64,000 nt of DNA from a virus, in the IMG/VR virus record IMGVR_UViG_3300037420_001273, one strand, 5' to 3'. Under the pieces are notes generated by a model, which saw nothing but the letters and a program-made list of their open reading frames with translations, searched no databases and was not told where the DNA came from. Positions 50,806 through 59,146 of the stretch are shown here, one piece after another (the first letter of the stretch is position 1; the number at the start of each line of letters is the position of its first letter). Both the position numbers and the translations under genes were made by a program.

Positions 50806-52056
50806 ATGACCGCGAACGACCGCCAGAAGTCCCTCGGCCCGTTCTCGCTGGGGGTCAACAACCGTCTGCCCGACTTTAAGTTGCGGACCAAAGACGGCGA
50901 CTTCGTTCGCTCTGCCGTCAACGTCGACCTGACCACGGAAGGCTCGTTCAAGCGCCGCGGCGGAACGCTCAAGCTCATCGCTGGTGACCAAGCATCTTCG
51001 CTGTGGTCAGACGAGGACGACGCCTTCTACTTGGATTCGGGGACGCTCTATCGCCTCAGCGGTAGCGTTTCCTCGCCAGTCCGCGTTCCGCTTGCGAGCG
51101 GGCTTCCGAACAAAAGCTTCAGCTACACGCGCGCCGGCGCCGAGATTTACGCGAGCAACGGGCAGCAGCTGTACCGGATCAGCGGTAATTCACTCCTCGT
51201 CGCTGGTGTTCCGCTCATTGCGCCGGAACCGGACGTGACCGCCGCGTCTGGAGGCTCGCTGCCCGCCGGCGAGTACCAGGTGTGTTTCACCTATGTCGCG
51301 GAGGATCTGGAAGAAAGCGGCTCAACCGTACCTGTACGTGTGAGTGTCGGCCTCAACGGAGCGCTGTCGTTCACCAACATCCCGACGCCGCCCGCGGGGG
51401 CAGTGCTGCGCGTCTACATGACTTCGGTGAACGATAACGTCCTGCTGCGCGCGTTTGACATGCCGGCGTCTGGGAGCTTCACTCTTACCGCGCGGCCTAC
51501 GCTGGGCTCGCGCTGCATGACATTGCTGCTGCGGCCGATGCCGGCTGGCGACGTCGTGCGCTGGTTGAACGGCCGCTTGTACGTCGCCGCCGGCGACACC
51601 GTGTACTACAGCGAGCCCTACGCGCCGACGCTGTTCAACCCGGCGCGCAACTACATCCTGTTCCCTTCGACTATCTCCATGCTGGAGACGTGCCAAAACG
51701 GCCTGTACGTCGCCGCCGACCAGACCTACTGGCTTGGTGGTGATCCAAGCGGCGCGTCGCTCGACCCAGTGCTCCCGTATGGAGCTGTTCCCGGCTCGAG
51801 CGTGCAGTCGCCGGTGAAGAACGAGTGCTTTTGGATGAGCGTGCGCGGTCTCGTACGCGGCGATCAGAACGGCGTAGCCACCAACTTGCAAGAGGCGTTC
51901 GTTGCGGTGGAGCCTGCACAAGCAGGCTCCACTTTGTTTCGCGAGCAGGACGGCGTCCGCCAGGTGCTGTCGTCGCTCTTCGGTGGCGAGCAGACCGTGA
52001 CGGCTGCTCGCAGCTACATGGACGCGGAAGTGATCCGCAAGGAGACCATTCTATGA
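50806..52056 (+). CDS. tail/structural protein
   Basis: Track ORF, 416 aa. No SD; TATAAT lies 7 nt upstream of the ATG. Confidence 0.6.
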   Translation: MTANDRQKSLGPFSLGVNNRLPDFKLRTKDGDFVRSAVNVDLTTEGSFKRRGGTLKLIAGDQASSLWSDEDDAFYLDSGTLYRLSGSVSSPVRVPLASGLPNKSFSYTRAGAEIYASNGQQLYRISGNSLLVAGVPLIAPEPDVTAASGGSLPAGEYQVCFTYVAEDLEESGSTVPVRVSVGLNGALSFTNIPTPPAGAVLRVYMTSVNDNVLLRAFDMPASGSFTLTARPTLGSRCMTLLLRPMPAGDVVRWLNGRLYVAAGDTVYYSEPYAPTLFNPARNYILFPSTISMLETCQNGLYVAADQTYWLGGDPSGASLDPVLPYGAVPGSSVQSPVKNECFWMSVRGLVRGDQNGVATNLQEAFVAVEPAQAGSTLFREQDGVRQVLSSLFGGEQTVTAARSYMDAEVIRKETIL

Positions 52057-52550
52057 ACACGTGCCTGGAAGGCGGTTTCGAGTACCTCGTCGAGGTCGTC
52101 AAAGACGGGCGCGTCGTGGACAGCGAGCGTGTATGCAACCTGATGCCGAGCGAAGGCATCACGTACATGCTCAATACCACGTTCAAGGGCGGCGCGCAGG
52201 TAACTGGCTGGTACGTCGGCCTCTACGAAGGCAACTACACGCCGTCGTCGTCAGACACCGCGGCGGCGCTGCCGGCACTTGCGACGGAATGCACGGCGTA
52301 CGCAGAGACGGCGCGCGTGCAGTGGGTGTCCGGGGCTGTGTCGAGCGGCACGCTCGACAACGTGTCATCGCGCGCCGAGTTCACGTTCAACGCGACGAAG
52401 ACCGTCTATGGCGGGTTCATCACCTCGAGCGCGACCAAAGGGTCGACCTCGGGCGTGCTGTCGTCTGTTGTTCGCTTCGCTTCTCCCAAGTCCCTCGACA
52501 GCGGCAGCGTGCTGCGCGTGACCGCGGGTTTCACTCTCGCTTCGGCCTGA
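52053..52550 (+). CDS. small beta-rich virion protein
   Basis: 165 aa from ATG 52053 (ATGA overlap): MNTCLEGGFEYLVEVVKDGR... Confidence 0.55.
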   Translation: MNTCLEGGFEYLVEVVKDGRVVDSERVCNLMPSEGITYMLNTTFKGGAQVTGWYVGLYEGNYTPSSSDTAAALPALATECTAYAETARVQWVSGAVSSGTLDNVSSRAEFTFNATKTVYGGFITSSATKGSTSGVLSSVVRFASPKSLDSGSVLRVTAGFTLASA

Positions 52551-52551
52551 A

Positions 52552-52577
52552 ATCGAAGCTCTTAGTTAGATCGAAGG
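52552..52577. promoter_or_regulatory. ATCGAAG...TTAGTTAGATCGAAGG element
   Basis: Upstream of 52586..53029. Confidence 0.55.
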
Positions 52578-52585
52578 AATGAACC

Positions 52586-53029
52586 ATGGCCCTGAAACTC
52601 TCCACTGGTCTGCGCAACAAGCTGCTTGACACTGGCTCGCTCAAGTCCACTTTCGCTGCCGGCTTCATCAAGATCTACGCCGGCACCGTGCCGGCCGACG
52701 CCGACTCGTCCATCGGCTCGGCCACCCTGCTGTGCACTATCTCGGTGAGCAGCTCCGGCACCGGCATCAACTTCGCAACCAGCGCGTCCGGCGGTTCCAT
52801 CTCCAAAGCGTCGGGCGAAACCTGGAGCGGTGTCAACGCCGCTACCGGCACGGCGACGTTCTATCGCCACGTGGCTGTCGGTGACGACGGTACCTCCAGC
52901 ACCACGCAAGCACGCATGCAAGGCCTGGTTGGCACCGCCGGCGCAGAGCTGAACTTGACTTCGGTGTCACTGAATTCCGGCGCCACGCAGGCGATCGACT
53001 ACTACACCGTCGCGCTGCCGACGTTCTGA
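52586..53029 (+). CDS. small beta-rich virion protein
   Basis: Track ORF, 147 aa; AAGGA SD. Confidence 0.55.
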   Translation: MALKLSTGLRNKLLDTGSLKSTFAAGFIKIYAGTVPADADSSIGSATLLCTISVSSSGTGINFATSASGGSISKASGETWSGVNAATGTATFYRHVAVGDDGTSSTTQARMQGLVGTAGAELNLTSVSLNSGATQAIDYYTVALPTF

Positions 53030-53030
53030 C

Positions 53031-53975
53031 GTGTCCAAGGTCACTCGTTCTGGCTTGACGGCCGTTGGGTCCGTCGCCGTGTCTGGCGACGGAACAACGG
53101 CGTTCGTCGGTCAGTACTCCGCAAGCAGCGTGTACGAGTACACGTGGTCCGGCGGTGCGTGGACCTACGCCAACACGATCTCGACTTCGTTCCCTGCGCG
53201 GTTGGGTGCGTCGAGTGACGGCACGACGCTCGTGTCGACTGACGGCTACGACTTCCATACGTACCAGAAGACCAGTGGTACGTGGAGCCAGGTCGACTTG
53301 CTTTCTCTCACAGGGAACGATTCGCTCGACAACAACATCAGGATCAAGCCTGATGCGAGTTTGATGTGCGTGTCCGGGTGGGACACCAGCACAGGTCAAC
53401 GGTATCTTTGGACTTATCAGCGGTCCGGTTTAGCTTGGTCCAGAGTCGACTCGATCAACACAGGTCCAAACAGCACTCGCCTCATGATCGGGGGCTTCGA
53501 TGCCTCGGGCTATCTGTACGTTTACTACACAAACGACAGTACGACATACGAGGTTCGCAAGTACGTTCGCAGTGGCGCCAGCTGGTCCCTCGTGACAACG
53601 ACAGCTGTGTCGTCCTACGCGAACATCAACAACATCAGCGATTTCGTCGCTGACTACAACACTGGAGCGACCTGGTTCTTCGGCCACTCGAGCGCCACCA
53701 GCACGTACTACGACGGCGTACGCAAGTACGTGTCGGCTGCGTACGCGTCGACGATCAACGCTGACTTCACAGACGGCACCGAATCGATCTTCGGTCAAGC
53801 CGTCGATGTCAGCTCAGATGGTTCGGTACTTGTTGCGAACTACAGAAACGTCACCGCGAACCAGTTCGGCTTCTACTACACCGGGGGCGGTTCTCCGCCG
53901 CCACCCCCGCCTCCGCCGCCGCCAGGCACGTCTGTGTTCTGGACCGACTTCCAACACACCTATGAAGTTCCCTAA
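53031..53975 (+). CDS. repeat (propeller-like) structural protein with P10 tract
   Basis: 314 aa, GTG start. Recurrent W/Y-rich about 45-aa segments; Pro x10 at 53895..53924. Confidence 0.55.
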   Translation: MSKVTRSGLTAVGSVAVSGDGTTAFVGQYSASSVYEYTWSGGAWTYANTISTSFPARLGASSDGTTLVSTDGYDFHTYQKTSGTWSQVDLLSLTGNDSLDNNIRIKPDASLMCVSGWDTSTGQRYLWTYQRSGLAWSRVDSINTGPNSTRLMIGGFDASGYLYVYYTNDSTTYEVRKYVRSGASWSLVTTTAVSSYANINNISDFVADYNTGATWFFGHSSATSTYYDGVRKYVSAAYASTINADFTDGTESIFGQAVDVSSDGSVLVANYRNVTANQFGFYYTGGGSPPPPPPPPPPGTSVFWTDFQHTYEVP

Positions 53976-55614
53976 GCAGCGTACGCTGGGCTTCTCGGTG
54001 GTCGGCACGGACCAAGTATGGGGGCTCGAGCAAGTGGACTGCCCGTACCTGACGCGCACGAGCCCAGAGTCGCTCACGCGCAAGGCCGGGCCGTTCGTCA
54101 ATGTGTACAAGCTAGATGAGACTCCGTCCCCGCCGGCGGCGACGTTCCACCTGTGGGGCGACGTCCTCACGACTGCGGGCCTCACGACTGGTACGTTTAC
54201 GAAGACCTCAAAGAGTCTCGCTGCATACGGCTCAGTGATCACTGACAGCACTTACGCGCTGACTACTTCGTTCGACGTGTACGCCGGCAACCAGTACATC
54301 CTGCGTCTGGCGCGGAACACGAGCAGCACGGCGTTCTGGCCAGTACTCGTGCGACCTACGCTTGGAAACGAATACGCGCCGCTGCCAGCGAACGCAGGCA
54401 ACTCGATCTCGTTCTTCAGCACGATGAAGCTTTCGGGCGGAGCCACTTTGAACGAGTATCAGCGTGGCTTGTCGATCTTTGCGACGGGTACTGACGGAAC
54501 GGCTTATCGCTTCGGATTCAGCGGTATGTGGCAAGACACAGCCACTACTCCGATCTGGGTGAACGGCGGTCCTAACGACGGTTTCCTCGCTACTAGCTTG
54601 CGTTACCGCGAGCAGCGCTGCTGGTTCTCGGACACGGCGAGCTTCGAGGTGACGACCAAGACTTTCAACGAGACTTCGCGCGAGTCTTCGCCGACGTACG
54701 TACAACAGATTGGCAAGGGCAAGCTACTCGCGCTGCAGACCGTCATGGAGCAAGCAGCCAGCGTTGATTTCAACGGCACGGACTACGTGACGACGTTTCA
54801 GCCGTTTGTGCTTCCTAAGCTCTGGAGCTCGAGCGACCACGGCGCCACCTGGTCATCGACGCCCGCTAGCTTCTTGCTGCCGTACCTGTACTACACCGCG
54901 AACAACAACGGTGCGTTCGGCGGTGCTTGGACAGTCAACTACGCGACCCTTGGCGACCGGCTTGTGGTGAGCAACCGACAGCTGTTGAACATGGCCAGCG
55001 GCGCGCGATTCATCTACGTCGGCAACAGCACTGTGCTTCTTATCGTGCCGTTCTGCTACCTCGGCGGTACCGGGCCGGGCGAGCAGTGGGCTACGCTGCT
55101 ATTCCGCAGCACAGCTGGCGGCGCGTTCACGCGTGTCACTTGGCCTGCCGACGCTTGGATTGCGTCCTCACAGACGAGCGTTTCCGAGCCGTTCCTGACA
55201 TCACTGATCGGATACTTCTACAACGGCTGCTGGTCGCTCGGTCCTGGACACGCGTTCGTGCCCGTGCAGTACGCGAGCGGCGCCGTGAAGATTCTTTACA
55301 CACAGGACTCTGGCAACACATGGACGTTGTCGCCGGCGGTGCCTACCGATGTCGTGTATCCGTTGACTGGCGCGTTCTACGCTACACCGTTGACGACCGG
55401 CGTAGCGCTCGTCCCTAAGCTGGACACGTCAGCGAACACGCTGACGTGGATGCGTACTACGTCCACCTTCGACGTGTACACGCCCGTCGGCAATGTCCAG
55501 GCCGGTTCTGCGTTGGCGCCTGCGGTGAGTGACCTCAGCGGCTACGCTGGTCGCTTCTTCATCAACCTCGGTGGTCGGTTCAACCCGGCCTACCCGAACG
55601 AGTTCGACCAATGA
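53962..55614 (+). CDS. Asp-box (BNR/sialidase-like) beta-propeller protein, tail spike candidate
   Basis: 550 aa from ATG 53962 (MKFPKQRTLGF...). Asp-boxes SDHGATW (54832..54852) and QDSGNTW (55303..55323). Confidence 0.55.
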   Translation: MKFPKQRTLGFSVVGTDQVWGLEQVDCPYLTRTSPESLTRKAGPFVNVYKLDETPSPPAATFHLWGDVLTTAGLTTGTFTKTSKSLAAYGSVITDSTYALTTSFDVYAGNQYILRLARNTSSTAFWPVLVRPTLGNEYAPLPANAGNSISFFSTMKLSGGATLNEYQRGLSIFATGTDGTAYRFGFSGMWQDTATTPIWVNGGPNDGFLATSLRYREQRCWFSDTASFEVTTKTFNETSRESSPTYVQQIGKGKLLALQTVMEQAASVDFNGTDYVTTFQPFVLPKLWSSSDHGATWSSTPASFLLPYLYYTANNNGAFGGAWTVNYATLGDRLVVSNRQLLNMASGARFIYVGNSTVLLIVPFCYLGGTGPGEQWATLLFRSTAGGAFTRVTWPADAWIASSQTSVSEPFLTSLIGYFYNGCWSLGPGHAFVPVQYASGAVKILYTQDSGNTWTLSPAVPTDVVYPLTGAFYATPLTTGVALVPKLDTSANTLTWMRTTSTFDVYTPVGNVQAGSALAPAVSDLSGYAGRFFINLGGRFNPAYPNEFDQ

Positions 55615-57875
55615 CCAGCGCGCTGTACAAAGACCTCGGCCAGGTTATCGGCGACTACAACAACAACGGCGTCCCGGACTATCTGGAGACGATGTCTGGC
55701 GGAGCTACGCCGAACAAGATCTACTCGTACAAAGTGGTACAGGACACCTGGACTACTTTGTACAACGTCGATGGTACCGGCAGCAGCACCAGCAGCGCGC
55801 TGTACGGAACGATCACGTCGACGACTTACTCGTCGAAGACGCACGTATCGTCGTTTACGTCGAGCTCCGGTGTTTCCGGCTCAGGTGATGTGCTGTACGC
55901 GTCGTGGACCGGCACAACGATGCAGACCGTTGCGATGGAGCTCACGGTCTTGACTGAGGACGCGGTAACGCCGGCGATTGAGCCGAGCGGCACTGTCCCC
56001 GGCGCGAACGTCGTGCTCATCGACCCTGGCTCCCCAGCTGTCCCCGGCTACTTCAGTACGGAAAAGGAGCTCGTGTGCGAGTTCGTCTCGGCGGAGCCGA
56101 CATCGTTCGAACCTGGGCAGGTGTACCTACCGCCCGACAGCGGTCCGGGCTCGCCTGGGGGAGCAGCGCGCGTGTGCTCCGTACAGGACGTGCAGGTCTG
56201 GCACGAACCTGTCCCGGCGCGCGCGCCCACGTACAGCAACGTCGACTCGCCGAGTGTGAAGTTCGCGCGCGATCTGAACCTCGGCTGGAGTGATGGCGCT
56301 CGCTCTGTCGCGCGGCCTAAGCGTGACGCGTTCCTGCAGTTTACGGTCGGGAGCACGCTCATCGGTGCGGTCGTCGGTTTCGAAGACACGGCGAACCTGG
56401 ACTCTTCGATCGACGCCACTTTGCTGGCGTACGCGTACCCAAGCGACGACTGGTCTACGTACACACTCGATCCAGCGCCGATCACAGACGAGTCGTTCAT
56501 GTGGACGTACATCCGCAACGGCGTCGTGATCCGCGACGGCGAGCTGTTCACGTTCGAGCGGTTCGGTTCGCAGAACTACCTCTCCACAATCGCAACTGGC
56601 GACGTAGTGCGCGTTGAGCGCAACCTGCGCCGCATGCGCTGGTACAAGAACGGCACTCTGCTCAAGGAGAGCCTACTGGAGCGCTCCTATCGCCCCACCA
56701 GCATGGTGGCGATGCTCTACGCCGGCGGCGACTACATCGACACGCCGAGTGTCGGTGACCTCCTGGTCAATCAAGCGTACGTCTACGTGTCTCCGCTGGA
56801 AGCGCTCGGCGGCGCCGCGATCGCGCAAGCCGGCGTGTTCATGCAGTTCATGACCGTATCAGCCGGCGCGTACCCGGTCATCTCGTTGCCGCATCTGAGC
56901 GTGTTCGCCGCCGACCACGTCTCTGGGCAAGCGTCGCTTTCGCTGCCGTATCTGGCTGTGACCGCGCATAACACTGCGGTATCCATCACTCCGCGGTTCG
57001 CCATCGCCACAGTGGGGCTACCTACGATGCAAGCTGCTGCGGTCGGCACTACCGGTGGCACCGGTCAAGCCAGCGTGTCCACGAAGAAGATCGTGGCGCT
57101 CGGCTGGGATCACGTCGGTGGCATGGCTGCTGTAGATACGCCGACGTTGTATGCCTTCGGTCTCGAGGAAGGCAATGGCAACGCCACTATCGGCGGTCTC
57201 CTGACGGTCACGCCGTCGCTGACGGCGTACAGCGCGATCGTAGTGACGATGACGTCCACTGGCACGATCACGAACGCAGTGGCGTACCAGGTCGTGAAGG
57301 ATGCCAGCGCTACTACCGGTATCGGGGCCGCCACGACCTGGTCGTCGACGTCGATCCTGCAAGCGCTGTTGAGCAACGTCCTGAGCATCGGCAGCGCGGT
57401 GCCTGTGTACGAACAACCGACGCAAGCCTGGGTTGTGAACATCGACAGCGGAGCCAGTACGTCATACGAGAGCTATGACTTCAACTCGTATGCGATCTTC
57501 GACGGGCACTACCTGGGAGTGAAGAACGACGGCCTCTACCTGCTCGAGGGTGACGATGACGACGGAACGCCGATCCGCGCATCGATTTCGTTGGGCAAGC
57601 AGAACTTCGACACTTCCTTGCTCAAGCGCCCGCAGTACTGCTACGTCGGGGTGTCGTCCAGCGGAACGGTCTTCATGAAAGTGACTGACGCCAGCGGCAC
57701 TGAGTACGTCTATGCAGCGCGGCGTGCCGACCAACAACTGGCTACGCAGCGGTTTGACCTCGGGAAGGGGCTGCGGGCGAACTACTTCACTTTCGAGCTC
57801 TTCAACGGCGACGGTGCGGACTTCGAGTTCAACACCGTCGAATTCCAGCTCGCTGAGCTGACCCGGAGGATCTGA
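55611..57875 (+). CDS. large tail/structural protein
   Basis: Track ORF, 754 aa; ATGA overlap with the upstream gene. Confidence 0.6.
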   Translation: MTSALYKDLGQVIGDYNNNGVPDYLETMSGGATPNKIYSYKVVQDTWTTLYNVDGTGSSTSSALYGTITSTTYSSKTHVSSFTSSSGVSGSGDVLYASWTGTTMQTVAMELTVLTEDAVTPAIEPSGTVPGANVVLIDPGSPAVPGYFSTEKELVCEFVSAEPTSFEPGQVYLPPDSGPGSPGGAARVCSVQDVQVWHEPVPARAPTYSNVDSPSVKFARDLNLGWSDGARSVARPKRDAFLQFTVGSTLIGAVVGFEDTANLDSSIDATLLAYAYPSDDWSTYTLDPAPITDESFMWTYIRNGVVIRDGELFTFERFGSQNYLSTIATGDVVRVERNLRRMRWYKNGTLLKESLLERSYRPTSMVAMLYAGGDYIDTPSVGDLLVNQAYVYVSPLEALGGAAIAQAGVFMQFMTVSAGAYPVISLPHLSVFAADHVSGQASLSLPYLAVTAHNTAVSITPRFAIATVGLPTMQAAAVGTTGGTGQASVSTKKIVALGWDHVGGMAAVDTPTLYAFGLEEGNGNATIGGLLTVTPSLTAYSAIVVTMTSTGTITNAVAYQVVKDASATTGIGAATTWSSTSILQALLSNVLSIGSAVPVYEQPTQAWVVNIDSGASTSYESYDFNSYAIFDGHYLGVKNDGLYLLEGDDDDGTPIRASISLGKQNFDTSLLKRPQYCYVGVSSSGTVFMKVTDASGTEYVYAARRADQQLATQRFDLGKGLRANYFTFELFNGDGADFEFNTVEFQLAELTRRI

Positions 57876-57877
57876 CT

Positions 57878-58900
57878 ATGTCCAGCTTCCCGCTGCCTGA
57901 CCCGCCCAGCACTGTTGCCTACGCGGTCACTGCCGCGAGCCGCATCTTCAACGGCTTGTGGGAGACCGCGCAGGAGAAGTCCGTCAAGTTCGACGCGCGC
58001 CTGGATGACACAACGGCGAACGTCCCGGCGTCGATGGCGCTGGCGCCGGCGCCCGTGATCTCCGGCTTCACCACTCCGACGTTGCCGACGCCGCCCACGA
58101 GCATGAACGCCTCTGACCTCGAGGCGCTTTACAACAACAATGTGAGCGCGCTGGAAGAGCTGCTGGTCAGCTCTTACTCGGACTACCTGGCTACTTACTT
58201 CCCAGCTGGGACGTACTTGTCGCAGGCTCAGTCGTGGATCGAAAACGTGCTGAGCACCGGCGGCACTGGCGTGAATCCGACCGTCGAGGCGCAGCTGTGG
58301 GAGCGAGATCGCGCGCGTGTGCTGCAAGAAGCCGCCCGCATGGAGGAGGAGCTGCTGACGACCTGGGCTGGTCGGCGCTTCCCGCTGCCGCCTGGCGCAC
58401 TCACGTATCAGGTCCTGCAAGTCCGCAAAGACTCCTCGGACAAGATCGCCGAGAGCTCGCGCAACACGGCGATCAAGGTCTACGAGATTCAGGTAGAGCA
58501 AGCGCGTTTTGCCGTTCAGCAGGCGCTTGCGCTGCGACAGCAGGCCGTGCAGGCGGCAGGGGAATACATGCGCAATCTGGCGTTGGCGCCGCAGATCGGC
58601 GCGACGCTCGCCGCAGCTCTCGCTGATGCGCAGGCTCGCCTGGCCAGCGTGACGACGGAGTACTACAAGGCACTGATCGCTGCGCAGGAGATCCCTCTGC
58701 GCGTAGCGACCACGAACGCCGAGCTGGCGGTGCGCGTCGAAGAGCTGCGCGGCCGGCTGGATGTGGATCTGATCGACAAGCGCGTTCAGGCAGCGATCGG
58801 CGCGGCTCAGATGTACAGCACGCAGGCGGCGGCGGCCTTCAACGCGCTGCACAGCCAGGCTGCCATCAGCTCGAGCGACAGCGTGAGCACTTCGCTCTAA
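57878..58900 (+). CDS. structural/internal virion protein
   Basis: Track ORF, 340 aa, helical, Ala/Gln-rich. Confidence 0.55.
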   Translation: MSSFPLPDPPSTVAYAVTAASRIFNGLWETAQEKSVKFDARLDDTTANVPASMALAPAPVISGFTTPTLPTPPTSMNASDLEALYNNNVSALEELLVSSYSDYLATYFPAGTYLSQAQSWIENVLSTGGTGVNPTVEAQLWERDRARVLQEAARMEEELLTTWAGRRFPLPPGALTYQVLQVRKDSSDKIAESSRNTAIKVYEIQVEQARFAVQQALALRQQAVQAAGEYMRNLALAPQIGATLAAALADAQARLASVTTEYYKALIAAQEIPLRVATTNAELAVRVEELRGRLDVDLIDKRVQAAIGAAQMYSTQAAAAFNALHSQAAISSSDSVSTSL

Positions 58901-59085
58901 CGGAAGAAGAACTGACCGATGCCGACGAACAACCCGATTGCTGTTGCGACGGCGAAGATCGCCCAGAGCAGCCACTGCGCCCAGCGCCGCGGCTGCTCAA
59001 GGTACCAGTTCTTGTTGTCCAGCAGCGACTGGATCTCCTGGATAGGTTGAGGCGTCAGCTCTTCGACCACGTTCTTGAGTTTCAT
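58897..59085 (-). CDS. small C-terminally anchored membrane protein, antisense moron
   Basis: 62 aa from ATG 59085: MKLKNVVEELTPQPIQEIQSLLDNKNWYLEQPRRWAQWLLWAIFAVATAIGLFVGIGQFFFR. Lies between two plus-strand late genes. Confidence 0.45.
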   Translation of the reverse strand: MKLKNVVEELTPQPIQEIQSLLDNKNWYLEQPRRWAQWLLWAIFAVATAIGLFVGIGQFFFR

Positions 59086-59112
59086 GGCCGGGCTTCTAGC
59101 ACACGCCTGCAA

Positions 59113-59139
59113 ATCGTACAATCTAAGTTAGATCGAAGG
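59113..59139. promoter_or_regulatory. ATCGTAC...TCTAAGTTAGATCGAAGG element
   Basis: Upstream of 59147..60916. TCTAA-G-TTAGA forms an inverted repeat. Confidence 0.55.
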
Positions 59140-59146
59140 AGTCCCG

